Of a stretch of 64,000 bases of DNA, positions 40,193-50,710 are shown piece after piece. The stretch's first letter is position 1; each line of letters begins with the position of its first letter. The stretch lies in IMG/VR virus record IMGVR_UViG_3300042887_004553, positions 36-64,035 of that record. The stretch is one strand, 5' to 3'. Origin of the DNA: a virus. Its lineage: Duplodnaviria > Caudoviricetes. Both the position numbers and the translations under genes were made by a program. The notes beneath the pieces are model-generated. The model searched no databases. It was not told the DNA's origin and worked only from the letters and a program-made list of their open reading frames with translations.

Positions 40193-40852
40193 TTATTTAG
40201 TGTTGAGAAATACCTCTAACTCCTTAGGATCCATATCATAAATCTCAGATAGCAAGAAATTAAAATTTTTTTTCAAAAATATTATTTTTTTATACATATT
40301 TTGTAAGTTTGAAGTATATAATAATTTAGAAAAATAGAATAATGTATTGTCGAAACAATTCAAATATATTTTAGGAATGCCTTTTATAAAATCTGGCACT
40401 TCAAACATTAATGTTTTACTATCATTTATATGCTTCTTAATGGAATCTATGCTATTACCCGTTTCATTCAAAATCTCATTAACATCTGCATAATACATGT
40501 TTTTAGGTAATTTTATTGAATCGATATTATATTTAAAAGACTCTTTTAAGATATTGTGTAATAATATTTCATATGAAATTATATTAGAATCCTCATCCTT
40601 AGCTGATAATTTTAAAATTGGATTTATAAAATTTATTTTTTGGTGTAAAAGTATAATAAATTTATCTATGTTGGTTAAAAGATTATAATCACTTGATGAT
40701 TTTTCACATATTTCATTGAATCCATCATTAATTGTATCGTAATCTGAATTTTCTATATACGAGTTTAATTTAAAATAATCACCAAAAGTTATATTTTTGA
40801 TTTTAATTTCATTTTTTAAACTAGGTATATAGCATTTTGTATATAAATTCAT
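40193..40852 (-). CDS. Putative baseplate hub assembly protein (gp26/gp51-like)
   Basis: YIPSLKNEIKIKNITFGD N-terminus and SEIYDMDPKE C-terminus; position next to tube genes. Confidence 0.55.
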   Translation of the reverse strand: MNLYTKCYIPSLKNEIKIKNITFGDYFKLNSYIENSDYDTINDGFNEICEKSSSDYNLLTNIDKFIILLHQKINFINPILKLSAKDEDSNIISYEILLHNILKESFKYNIDSIKLPKNMYYADVNEILNETGNSIDSIKKHINDSKTLMFEVPDFIKGIPKIYLNCFDNTLFYFSKLLYTSNLQNMYKKIIFLKKNFNFLLSEIYDMDPKELEVFLNTK

Positions 40853-41799
40853 TATAAATATGGAATTAAATTTTTAGGAGCGGATCCCCCACCAATTCCT
40901 CCTTGAAATGGGCTAACTTGTGGAAATTTACCCTTAAACATTCCAGATATTGTGTTTATGATGTTGGGTAAAGGTAAATATAATGAGTTAGCAACTGCAT
41001 AATTGGTGTATGTCCAAGTGCTTTTCATAATTGGGGGGGTATTGGGTTCTTCATATCCCAAACTATAAGACTCTACAGAGGTTGGCACACAATTAAAAAA
41101 AGTCCAAACCTTTTTTGGAATCATGGATACGTGTTGATACGTTTTACCATATTCCATAACATATACGGTGGATTTAACGTTCCTAACGTCTCTACTCCTG
41201 TCGCTATCTTTTTCTCTTGCAACAAAACCAAAATGCTCTGATGCAATGACCCAAGGTCGCAATACAAAATCCGCAAAGGATGTATTTGTTTCTAAAAATT
41301 CTATGCTCATTGAATTTGGGTTATAAGAAGATCCCCTACCACCACTAGTTATTCCTGGTAAAAAACCCCTGTTATTTTCAACAGAAGCTGGCGTAACATT
41401 CATTGTTTCTCCAGGAATTGTTACTTTTTGAGCAAAAATACAACCATTTACCTTTTGAAAGGGGAATGATGTTAGTATATTTTTAGCTTGGGTTATATTA
41501 AAATTCTTATAATCACCACCAGTTACCTCTAAACCCTGCAATATTTCAGTATTGATGCATTGGGGAAATGGTTGTATCAGTATTATCCATTGAGTCTGTA
41601 ATGGTATAGCGGTCAACCAAGACTCTAATTGCAATAAGAAATAATCTCTAGTAGAAACCAGAGGAGTGCCTTGTATATTGAAACCGAAGAGATCAGTTAT
41701 TTGAGGTTGGGTTAATGGGTTTCTACCATTAGCTATACCAGCAACATTGCCAACCAAACTATTAAAGGCATTGCTTAAAGAATTATTTAATGCTCCCAT
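40852..41799 (-). CDS. Tail tube initiator/baseplate-tube junction protein (gp48/gp54-like)
   Basis: Tube-fold motifs VTIPGE, SIEFLET, FFNCVPTSV; downstream of the tube gene. Confidence 0.6.
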   Translation of the reverse strand: MGALNNSLSNAFNSLVGNVAGIANGRNPLTQPQITDLFGFNIQGTPLVSTRDYFLLQLESWLTAIPLQTQWIILIQPFPQCINTEILQGLEVTGGDYKNFNITQAKNILTSFPFQKVNGCIFAQKVTIPGETMNVTPASVENNRGFLPGITSGGRGSSYNPNSMSIEFLETNTSFADFVLRPWVIASEHFGFVAREKDSDRSRDVRNVKSTVYVMEYGKTYQHVSMIPKKVWTFFNCVPTSVESYSLGYEEPNTPPIMKSTWTYTNYAVANSLYLPLPNIINTISGMFKGKFPQVSPFQGGIGGGSAPKNLIPYL

Positions 41800-41812
41800 T
41801 TTAATTATTTAT

Positions 41813-41837
41813 GGGAGGGAGTGGTTCACTCCCTCCC
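41813..41837. other. Strong GC-rich hairpin after the tail tube gene
   Basis: GGGAGGGAGTG-gtt-CACTCCCTCCC, 11-bp perfect stem. Confidence 0.75.
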
Positions 41838-41852
41838 TTTAATACGGGACTT

Positions 41853-42404
41853 TTAAACTTTTTCTTGCCAGTAGTGATATGCCAAGCTAACCTTGAAAGA
41901 TAATATACTACCGCCACTGGCTTCTGTTCCTGGAGTATAACTTAGTTCTCCGAGATTTCTAATACTAACACCTACTAATTGAAACTGATTGACCTTTTCA
42001 AAATTATTATCTAATTGCACCAAATCAATTGTAGAAGATGCTATCGGTGTTAAGTAATTTCCAGTACTATCTTTATCGTCGAAAGTATCCCTACTCCATT
42101 GTTGGAATTTTTTATAAAGAGCGGAATCAGCTGCTGCATAAAATTCTATTTCATATTTATCAGAAGATGGATATGATGCCATTCCTGGCAAATTAAAGGT
42201 CAGTCCCATGTATTTTACTGGAACATTTCCAATATCCCTTCCTGGCAATGACATTGATCTAGCATAAACCAAATCATCTTCATCATATTTTGTGGTTGTA
42301 CCACCTGGGCTAATGCTTAATATTCTAAATTGTACATCTCTTGTAAAATCTCTTAAAGATGATACTCTGTAGAAGTCTTGTATTGTTTGTTTTGTTGCTG
42401 CCAT
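41853..42404 (-). CDS. g19: Tail tube protein (T4 gp19-like)
   Basis: SLPGRDIGNVPVKYMG...PG; directly downstream of the sheath gene. Confidence 0.85.
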   Translation of the reverse strand: MAATKQTIQDFYRVSSLRDFTRDVQFRILSISPGGTTTKYDEDDLVYARSMSLPGRDIGNVPVKYMGLTFNLPGMASYPSSDKYEIEFYAAADSALYKKFQQWSRDTFDDKDSTGNYLTPIASSTIDLVQLDNNFEKVNQFQLVGVSIRNLGELSYTPGTEASGGSILSFKVSLAYHYWQEKV

Positions 42405-42427
42405 AATGTATTATAATTGGTTAATTG

Positions 42428-45400
42428 TTATTTTCCGATCAATTCATCGAAGTTTGTTCCAGTTCTTGTTGCATAGAAGTTCACCAAAATAAATTCGGCT
42501 GTTCTTACTGGTTGAATATAGATATCAATCTTCAATTCGTTGTTATCAATGACATCAGGTGTATTGTTTCTTTCGTCACATACGATTCTGTAGTCATAAA
42601 GACCTTCAGTGTTTTTAGCATTTTCAAATATTGGTGCCAATATGTTGATAACTTGAGTTCTTGTGAACAATGTGTTTGGTTCAAATACGAAGAACTTGGC
42701 TGTATTCTTTGTTGCTTTTTCTAAATTAAGGAACAAACGACGAACATTGATACGATCAAATGCTGATGGTTTTTTAAGCAATGTCTTTTGTCCAAATACA
42801 ACAAAACCTTCATTTGGGAAAAATGCTATAGGATTCATTGATATCTTATACAATTGATCACGTTGCTTTTGTTTAGGATAAAGTGCTAAATCATTTGCAC
42901 CAGCCACAACTCCACGAGTAAATCCAGCTGGAGCATACCATGGTTGGAAATTAGCATCAGTATTTGCCATAATTCCAGCAGCTACTCCAGAGAAAGGAAT
43001 CCACATTTGACGACTTGATGATGAATCGTAAACTTGTACCCAATTTGAATATGTTGTAGCGTATGAACAATTAATTTTACCAAATTGATGGCGTAATGGC
43101 CAATACATATGCTGTGAAAAATTAGTAGCACTATAATTGGCTGCTAAAGGATCTGGATCTACTCCAGCATTAGGTGACCATATTTTTTTAGTATTTAATA
43201 CCTTGCTGTTATCTCCCTGTATGAATATATTGCGAATAGGATCAAGGATAACTAAGAAATCTTTTCTTTGTTTCTCAGCGGCAAGTATGAATACGTTAGC
43301 TACAGCCAAATAATTGGATATAATTCTGTTTGCCTCATCATTAAGACCTTCAAAATTTGTGATAAAACATGCTGAAATAGCATTTAAAGGTGTTGAATCT
43401 GAATATTTACCAGCAGATAGATAAGCACCACCACTTTGTTCAATGGCATTAACGTATATTGTGCCTAATCCAGCTTCAGGAGAGATGTCTATAGGAAATA
43501 CATCAGCGTTTTCTACCAACTCAAAGGCTCTTTCTAATTTTTTAGGTAAAGCTCCGATTTCTCTTTCAACTGTTGCTGTATTTGTATATATACCCAATGG
43601 GAACAGTGCATCAACTCTACCATAATCAGCTATAAGGCTCAATATGGTTGACTGAGTTGAGCCAACTCTCTTAGCATAAGTTAAATCATTATCTTGGAAT
43701 CCTGGGGAAACCAATGGAATTGATAGTCTATTACTTAAGAACCTGACTCTCTTCGTAGGATTACCATTAACATCTAAACCTGAATCCAAATATCTATCAC
43801 TTAAGAAAGGATTCACCATGATATCTAAGTTCGCAGAAGATGCATTTGCAACCTTTTCAATGGAGAATGTCTTAGATGGTCCTCCATTACTATCACCGAT
43901 TTCACGATTATAGTCTATAGAACCAGTGTGAGATTCGGTTAAACCATAAGACATTTGAATCGAGTTTCCGCTATTTAAATTCTGACGTAATTTAAAAATA
44001 GCTAATGCGAATGTGTCATTAAATGATTCGTCGGCCAAATCATAATTCGACAGATTTTCCATAACCTCAGAAAGAGAAGAACCGTCTCCAGTTTTTCCAG
44101 CCGATAATGCAAATGACATTCTACTGGTAGGTAATGATATGTAATTTTTCGTGGCAACAACATTTTCATTGATACCATTGATGGATTGTATGCCGTCAAA
44201 ATCTGTAGCTGGATTGTAATTGCTGTTATCTATGGCACCAACATAATATCCTTCAAATTTATTGTTAATTGAAGTTTGAGCTTTATTCAAAACAATCATT
44301 CCAGCATGACCTAGTGTATTGAATGAAAAATCTTGAGTGGATACAGAAGGATTATTTGTCCAATTTATATTACCCTGTTTAATTGACTCATATTCTTCTG
44401 GAGACAACTCAATGTGTGTTGGTTTACCAATGTAACATGTCTTTCCAAGATAGTCAAAGGTATAATTGGATGCTGGTAATGTATCCAACCCTCCTTGTAA
44501 ACCAGGATTGGCCTCACCATTTAGTGAGCTTTCAATAGATGCGCTAAATGATTGAGTACCGTTAGCAACAGCAAATGTACCTGTATCATTACCGTCAACA
44601 TTTAAAACAGCATCATTTTCAGAATTCAATCTTGCTCTAACAGGACCAATTACATTTACAGTTGGTTTAGCAGAGTAACCCAATCCGTAATCTAGTATGT
44701 TAATACTATCAATTTTATATGTAGGAACAAGAGAGCCATTCACGTTTACGGTTGGTTGTGCACCAGTAGTTGCCCCTACGAATGTTATGGTTGGGGCTGT
44801 AATGTAACCCAAGCCAGTATTGATTAAATTAAGTGACGTTACACCAAAAGTACCAGTACCATCATTGCCTAAATTGGCAGTAAAAGATGCTGCACTTATT
44901 TTATCGCCCGTCACAACAACTGTAGGCGCAATAGAATAACCAGATCCACTATTTTGTGAAAGAATGGTTGTGCCACTTATGACAAAAGTACCAATTCCAT
45001 CATCAATCATAACGGCTCTAGCGGAAGCTACTCTCGTATTTGTTCCAATGATTTCTATCGTCGGCTCATTCAAATATCCACTTCCACCATCAACTATTAA
45101 AACGTTAGTGATTTGAACGGATGCACCAATATCTATGGTTGGTTGAGAAAATGAATCTCCACCAAATACAATATCAATAGATTTAATTCCAAAAGTATCT
45201 TGACCTAAACCATCGTCAGCAGTGACACCACGCAACACAGTCCCTGTTTGACCAGGTGCATTTGAAACTATGGATGGCATTGTAACGTAACCAGAACCGC
45301 TGTTGGTAACAACAACTGAAGTCATTTTATATGCCGACAGATATACATTATATGCATATCTGGAAGCTACTGGATATGCTAATGCACTGTATTTCCAACT

Positions 45401-45694
45401 AGAAAAACCTTCACCTTTATCAGCACCATACGGTAAACGCGTGACAGTTACTTTGGCTGGTGAAGAATTTATAGCGCCTTTCACAGAATGATAAAAATAA
45501 CGTTCTGCTGAATTTGTAGGAGTACCGTAAATTTGTTCAAATTCTGAAATGGATGTTGGCTGTAGAACCTCATCAATAGGGCCTTGGGCTGCGAATCCAG
45601 CGATAAATACATTAGTTCCTACGACAGTATCTGCCCTCAATGTTAAGTCTATTTCATTAATTTCTACACCTGGTGATTGAATTGTTCTTGCCAT
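42428..45694 (-). CDS. g18: Tail sheath protein (T4 gp18-like) with inserted repeats
   Basis: SPGVEINEID N-terminus; WYAPAGFTRG, GQKTL, DRINVRRLF, CDERNNT, IQPVRTAEFI. Confidence 0.95.
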   Translation of the reverse strand: MARTIQSPGVEINEIDLTLRADTVVGTNVFIAGFAAQGPIDEVLQPTSISEFEQIYGTPTNSAERYFYHSVKGAINSSPAKVTVTRLPYGADKGEGFSSWKYSALAYPVASRYAYNVYLSAYKMTSVVVTNSGSGYVTMPSIVSNAPGQTGTVLRGVTADDGLGQDTFGIKSIDIVFGGDSFSQPTIDIGASVQITNVLIVDGGSGYLNEPTIEIIGTNTRVASARAVMIDDGIGTFVISGTTILSQNSGSGYSIAPTVVVTGDKISAASFTANLGNDGTGTFGVTSLNLINTGLGYITAPTITFVGATTGAQPTVNVNGSLVPTYKIDSINILDYGLGYSAKPTVNVIGPVRARLNSENDAVLNVDGNDTGTFAVANGTQSFSASIESSLNGEANPGLQGGLDTLPASNYTFDYLGKTCYIGKPTHIELSPEEYESIKQGNINWTNNPSVSTQDFSFNTLGHAGMIVLNKAQTSINNKFEGYYVGAIDNSNYNPATDFDGIQSINGINENVVATKNYISLPTSRMSFALSAGKTGDGSSLSEVMENLSNYDLADESFNDTFALAIFKLRQNLNSGNSIQMSYGLTESHTGSIDYNREIGDSNGGPSKTFSIEKVANASSANLDIMVNPFLSDRYLDSGLDVNGNPTKRVRFLSNRLSIPLVSPGFQDNDLTYAKRVGSTQSTILSLIADYGRVDALFPLGIYTNTATVEREIGALPKKLERAFELVENADVFPIDISPEAGLGTIYVNAIEQSGGAYLSAGKYSDSTPLNAISACFITNFEGLNDEANRIISNYLAVANVFILAAEKQRKDFLVILDPIRNIFIQGDNSKVLNTKKIWSPNAGVDPDPLAANYSATNFSQHMYWPLRHQFGKINCSYATTYSNWVQVYDSSSSRQMWIPFSGVAAGIMANTDANFQPWYAPAGFTRGVVAGANDLALYPKQKQRDQLYKISMNPIAFFPNEGFVVFGQKTLLKKPSAFDRINVRRLFLNLEKATKNTAKFFVFEPNTLFTRTQVINILAPIFENAKNTEGLYDYRIVCDERNNTPDVIDNNELKIDIYIQPVRTAEFILVNFYATRTGTNFDELIGK

Positions 45695-45751
45695 ATAAAG
45701 TATTTATATTTTGTCAAGAGTCTTTTTTCGTATTTTTGTATTTTTTTATTA

Positions 45752-46324
45752 TTACATCAACTCAGCCTTGAATTGATGATAAGAATATTGAAAAGATGAC
45801 TCCATTTCCGTTGCATCTCTATCAGAATAACTCACACCGCCTAAAGAAACTGGAAAACAATGTATAAAATCAAATTTTATTACGTTTTTATTATACTCAT
45901 CCTTACCATATATTGTTATGTTGGTTTGATAATCGGGCATAAATCCATCAGATTTTATCGGTGAATTGTATAAACCAGTCTTACCATCATTAAATGAATT
46001 TAACCATCGATATATGTTCCAATAGTTATTAAACATATTATCTATAGTGAAGTTGACAGTCATATTTTCAAAAGCTGGACGAGAATATGATGTAACTTTC
46101 GAAACTTGTCCGCCATAAGGTGTATTTATTGATGGAATAGCTAGAGTCGGTATAACTGAACCATATATGGAACATTGAACTGCATCTGGAATGACTCTGT
46201 TATTAGATCTTTCAAGTACAGATTTTTGTGATTTTAAAATTTTTGGCAAATCAAAAACCATAATAAACTTATCTTTTCTCTGTTTATTAAAAGCCGATTG
46301 AAATATTGAAAGATTTGTTGCCAT
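45752..46324 (-). CDS. Tail completion/tube-terminator protein (T4 gp3-like, tube fold)
   Basis: FENMTVNFTIDN..NNYWNIYRWL; FIHCFPVSLGGVSY. Confidence 0.65.
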   Translation of the reverse strand: MATNLSIFQSAFNKQRKDKFIMVFDLPKILKSQKSVLERSNNRVIPDAVQCSIYGSVIPTLAIPSINTPYGGQVSKVTSYSRPAFENMTVNFTIDNMFNNYWNIYRWLNSFNDGKTGLYNSPIKSDGFMPDYQTNITIYGKDEYNKNVIKFDFIHCFPVSLGGVSYSDRDATEMESSFQYSYHQFKAELM

Positions 46325-46332
46325 GTTATTAT

Positions 46333-48081
46333 TTAGAATGAATTTTTATTAAAGATGTCCCAACCATCACGTTTTAATATTTCATAATCTGGCAAACTCG
46401 ATAAAGGGTCCGAATTATCATTGAAAGTTGAAAAAACTGTGGGTAATGGCATAAATGCTTGGGCATCCCTTTCATTGACATATATATTGTTTGGTGAAAT
46501 CATATCTCCAATACCATAATCAGCTGGTTTTATTTTTAATGGTCTTTGATTATCATCCACAGATATGATTTCATAATATCTTTTACATATATCATTAATT
46601 AAAATAGCAACTGTCCAAACTAATGCCATAACCCTATCATCTAATGTATTGGCTGTTCTACCGCTCCAAGTACCATTTGGGTGTCTGATAAAATCTTTCA
46701 ATTCCATTAAAGTTTTAATATCCCTTAATTTTATACAACGCATTTCATTTAAAAAATAACGCATATTTGTTACACCTTCTATTTTTGAATTCTGGTGACT
46801 TATAATACCGCTTTTACTTGTCAACTTAAAATCGTTTCCAATCGCTCCTTTAGTACCCCAAGTTACTATATTTTCATAACCATAATTATTTTTCAATGAA
46901 TCTACAACTTGAGCACCACAACCATTTCTTTCGATCAATACTGGTGGTCTTCCCCATTGTTGGAGAATATCGTGTAATTTTTGTGCAAAATTATATGGTG
47001 ATATTTTTTTAGTGTAATATACGGCATCTTGTGTAATATTTGTTAAATCTGTTACATTTAATATTTGACACACTGTAGCATTTTGGTTCAATCCTTCACC
47101 AACATCGACTCCTACTGCATAAAAGTTATTATCTTTGGGTTCATCCCATACAATATATTGACCATCATCAAAAATAAATTCTGGATCTTTACAACTCGAT
47201 TCTAACATGGTATATACATCTTGATCTATTGGTATTTCACCAGATGCTAAAAATGCATTTTCATATTCTTGTAAAAAGGCATCCCTAGATTGAAGAGTCC
47301 TGACAGTTTCATTTTTCCATTTTTCATCACGGCCAGGTACATCCCACCAATCAACTCTTTCTGGATGCCACCCATTCCATTCCCCACCTGTTTTATTCGC
47401 ACCCTCCCATAAACTATGAAACAAATTACCAATTCCATTTGGTGTTGAAGCCGCTAGAATTTTTGATTTCTTTGCAGAAGAAATGATTGGATATACTGAT
47501 CTCCAGAAATTTTCCAACAAACCAGCATCAAGGAACGCCAATTCATCTAATACTAAACAATTTACCGATTCACCACGACCAGCATCACTACTTGTTGTAG
47601 ATATACCAACGCTTGAGCCATTAGAAAGAGTTATATTGGTTTGCCCATACTCTACAGCACCAGCTTTAATGAAGTTCGGCATCATTTCAAACGCTGTTTT
47701 AATTCTCTTAAGAATCATCTTTGCAGTTTGTTCTTTGTTGGCTACAATTAGAATTCTTTGATCTTCCTCAAACAATGCAACCCATAGAGCATATATGGTC
47801 ATGATGGTCGTTTTTCCAATTTGACGACTTGCTAGTAATATATTGAATCTATTTTCTGTTAATGCTTTTAAAATTCTTGTTTGAAATTTATGTAATTTAA
47901 TTTTTTGTCTACCATCATCGACATTGATAATGTAAAAATAATTACTTGCAAAGTGTAGAATATTTTTCCTACACTTTGCAATCTCCTTTATCATTTGAGG
48001 AGTATAGTCATATTCAGTTTGGGCTGTTGGTAAGTTGCTGTTGCCCAAATAGAACTTTTCTTTTAATTTTTTTAATGGCAT
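46333..48081 (-). CDS. g17: Terminase large subunit (T4 gp17-like)
   Basis: ASRQIGKTT Walker A; LVLDELAF Walker B; STPNG; GVDVGEG; DDRVMAL. Confidence 0.97.
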   Translation of the reverse strand: MPLKKLKEKFYLGNSNLPTAQTEYDYTPQMIKEIAKCRKNILHFASNYFYIINVDDGRQKIKLHKFQTRILKALTENRFNILLASRQIGKTTIMTIYALWVALFEEDQRILIVANKEQTAKMILKRIKTAFEMMPNFIKAGAVEYGQTNITLSNGSSVGISTTSSDAGRGESVNCLVLDELAFLDAGLLENFWRSVYPIISSAKKSKILAASTPNGIGNLFHSLWEGANKTGGEWNGWHPERVDWWDVPGRDEKWKNETVRTLQSRDAFLQEYENAFLASGEIPIDQDVYTMLESSCKDPEFIFDDGQYIVWDEPKDNNFYAVGVDVGEGLNQNATVCQILNVTDLTNITQDAVYYTKKISPYNFAQKLHDILQQWGRPPVLIERNGCGAQVVDSLKNNYGYENIVTWGTKGAIGNDFKLTSKSGIISHQNSKIEGVTNMRYFLNEMRCIKLRDIKTLMELKDFIRHPNGTWSGRTANTLDDRVMALVWTVAILINDICKRYYEIISVDDNQRPLKIKPADYGIGDMISPNNIYVNERDAQAFMPLPTVFSTFNDNSDPLSSLPDYEILKRDGWDIFNKNSF

Positions 48082-48117
48082 TTGATAATATTTAGATTCT
48101 CAGAGTATAAATACTAT

Positions 48118-48984
48118 ATGATGAATAATACGAACAACAGATCAAGCTCAATCAAAGATATTGGTAACATTTATCGTCAAATGCAAAATGAAAAAGCATC
48201 TTTGATGAATGAATCGGTATTACTAGAAGCCGCTAAAAAGAAATCAGCACAAGTTAAGGCAAAAATGCCCAAAGATACTTTCCCATATTCCAGTGATAAT
48301 GTGAAAGAACCTTCAACATTGAAGAAAACTGGGCCTGGTAATGTTAAAAATTTAAAGAAACTTAAAAAAGATAAAAATTTTTCACAAAAAACTAAAAAAA
48401 TTGATGAAAGTGGTATAAATAACTTTATGAGTATATTTGATAGACTTTATGAAGATGTCATGAATAATGACGAACTAGATTTTAACGCAGGAATCGGCAC
48501 AGGTCCAGAAGGTGATGCTGGTGATTCCGATCTCGATCTCGACACCGATAGTGATGATGATAGCGACAGTGATAATGAAGTCACAATCACACTTGATAAG
48601 GATTTAGCTAAAAAATTGCTTGACGTTTTAAAAGACGTTGTTGGTGATGACGATCAAAGCGACACTGATTTGGAAGACCTCGGCGTTGACACTGATTCTG
48701 ATAGCGAAGATGAGGATTACGAGGACGAAGGAAATGAAGAAAATAATTTCTATGAAACCACAGACATTGAAAAGGTTCCTGATTCTGCTGGTCATAAACT
48801 CCAAAAAGGTTTTGCAGCCTCTGGTAACATCAAAGCATCCTCTGGTAAAGCAAATGCTAGTGTAACCGATACAGTTGGAACTGAGACTGGTAAACATCCA
48901 TTAGATCATAAGTCCGAATTAACCAATCCTTCTAAGAATAAGGTTGGTAATTTCAAAACTGGCAAAAGCCTTTTTGAACAATAA
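48118..48984 (+). CDS. Acidic putative prohead-core/internal protein
   Basis: TATAAATA 4 nt upstream; LMNE-SVLLE-A sites; Asp-rich centre. Confidence 0.7.
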   Translation: MMNNTNNRSSSIKDIGNIYRQMQNEKASLMNESVLLEAAKKKSAQVKAKMPKDTFPYSSDNVKEPSTLKKTGPGNVKNLKKLKKDKNFSQKTKKIDESGINNFMSIFDRLYEDVMNNDELDFNAGIGTGPEGDAGDSDLDLDTDSDDDSDSDNEVTITLDKDLAKKLLDVLKDVVGDDDQSDTDLEDLGVDTDSDSEDEDYEDEGNEENNFYETTDIEKVPDSAGHKLQKGFAASGNIKASSGKANASVTDTVGTETGKHPLDHKSELTNPSKNKVGNFKTGKSLFEQ

Positions 48985-49004
48985 AACAAATTAAATAAAT
49001 ATAG

Positions 49005-49036
49005 AAAACCCTCGAAGAAATTCGAGGGTTTTTTGT
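49005..49036. terminator. Bidirectional intrinsic terminator
   Basis: AAAACCCTCGAA-GAAA-TTCGAGGGTTTTTT between convergent genes. Confidence 0.9.
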
Positions 49037-49044
49037 TGTTTAAT

Positions 49045-50595
49045 TTAAATGTTTAATTCGTATTTTAAACTACCGCAGTCATAAACCTTACTGTAACCAT
49101 TAATTTCCATATTTTCCCTCTCAGAAATAGATGGATTGAAATTTTTTAATTTTTTATGTAGGAATTGTTTAGCAAAAGAAAATCTGTGAAATCTTTCCTT
49201 AAATGTCTTAGTGTACCAATAATTGGGTTCTGTTTTTTTAACTAATGTGAAATTTAATTTTTCATAAAGCTCACCATTAGACCATCTTCTATCACAAAAG
49301 CTCATTATTTTCTTAGGGTAATGTTTTTTTATAAAATTAGATAATAACTTTTGAGCACCGCCCATGACTGTAACATTTTTCATTGAGCAATATCTACTCA
49401 ATTCATATTCACCCTCTGATAATTTTTGAGATAATGCCCTTCTCGATTTTGTGAAAGTCATCAAAGATAAAAGCCTATTTCCTTTAAAAAGACCCAATCT
49501 AATAAGACCTCTATCGGCACCTTGTAAATGATATTTTAATAAAAATTTTGAAGATAACTTATGATCAATTTCTTTAACAACGCATTCCCTAGCATTTATT
49601 TTTATTTTATTTAAATTCAAAACACTAGACAGTCTAGACAATACTTGTTTTGATTTTAATTCTATCTCATCTGAAAATATCTGTATTAGTTTTATACCAT
49701 TATCTAAACACTTTTCTGTTTTATTTAAATGATACTTTCTATCCTTTTTCGCATCACTGTGCCAATATAATCCATTACATTCTATGGCTATATTTTTTGA
49801 AGGTATGAATATATCCAATTCCATATTTTTTATAATACTTCTACTTCTTCTAATGTATGATATATTGTGTTTATCTAAAAAATTACTTATAAACATTTCA
49901 ATACTAGTACCCAACTTTTCACATAATGGGCATTTTATATTGTAATTATTGTTTAACCAATGTTCAAATTTATGATTACATTTTTTACATTGCCATTTAT
50001 AGTTTATTTCGTAGTCATGTGCTCCTTCATATTCATCAAACGTGAATAGAGGAATCAAATTTTCATATCTGTTTTTTAAATTACCATAATATCTTTTTTT
50101 AATAGAGTTACTTATTTTATCACCAGAATATGCCCTTTTAATTTCACCACTCTTAATGCGCTTATCATATTCTTCGCTTTTAAAGTAGTTATCGACACCG
50201 TATTTTTCCATTAATGTTTTTTTACTTTTATCCATACCATATTTCGATGCTAGAATATTTTCTGAACCATATTTTAAAATATTCGTCTTTTTAGTTTTTT
50301 CGAATATGAATGAAGTATCTTTAAATCTACATGAATTACTACAATATTTCTGAAAACATGCTTCTGAAGGATTGAATTTAACATCCCCCTCACATATTTT
50401 ACATATTGGTTTATTTAAAATATCATTCACGAAACAAAATACCTTTAGAGAAAACGGATCATTGAACCAATTAATTGATGAATTGATTGATTCGTACATC
50501 TCCTTACCAAAAAAATCTATAAACATTTTTGGTTTAATGAATCTAGTACTTCCCTTATATTTTTCATTTAAGAAATTGGTTATTTTGTCTTTCAT
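49045..50595 (-). mobile_element. Free-standing putative homing endonuclease (Hef-like/DUF559-type; start moved to MKDKI)
   Basis: CxxC ribbons, KYG repeats, ELDIFIPSKNIAIECNGLYWHS nuclease motif, YELSRYC...DRRWSNG; AT-rich; TAAATA 5 nt upstream. Confidence 0.75.
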
Positions 50596-50651
50596 ATATT
50601 TATTTATCCATTGTATATACTCCAAAAGTATTTTCAATAAAAAAATATATA

Positions 50652-50684
50652 AAAAAAGAATGTCGGGGATTTCTCCCCGACATT
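50652..50684 (-). terminator. Intrinsic terminator of the major capsid gene
   Basis: AATGTCGGGGA-GAAA-TCCCCGACATT followed by CTTTTTTT on the minus strand. Confidence 0.9.
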
Positions 50685-50710
50685 CAAGTTGTTTCGCCTA
50701 CTTCTAAATA

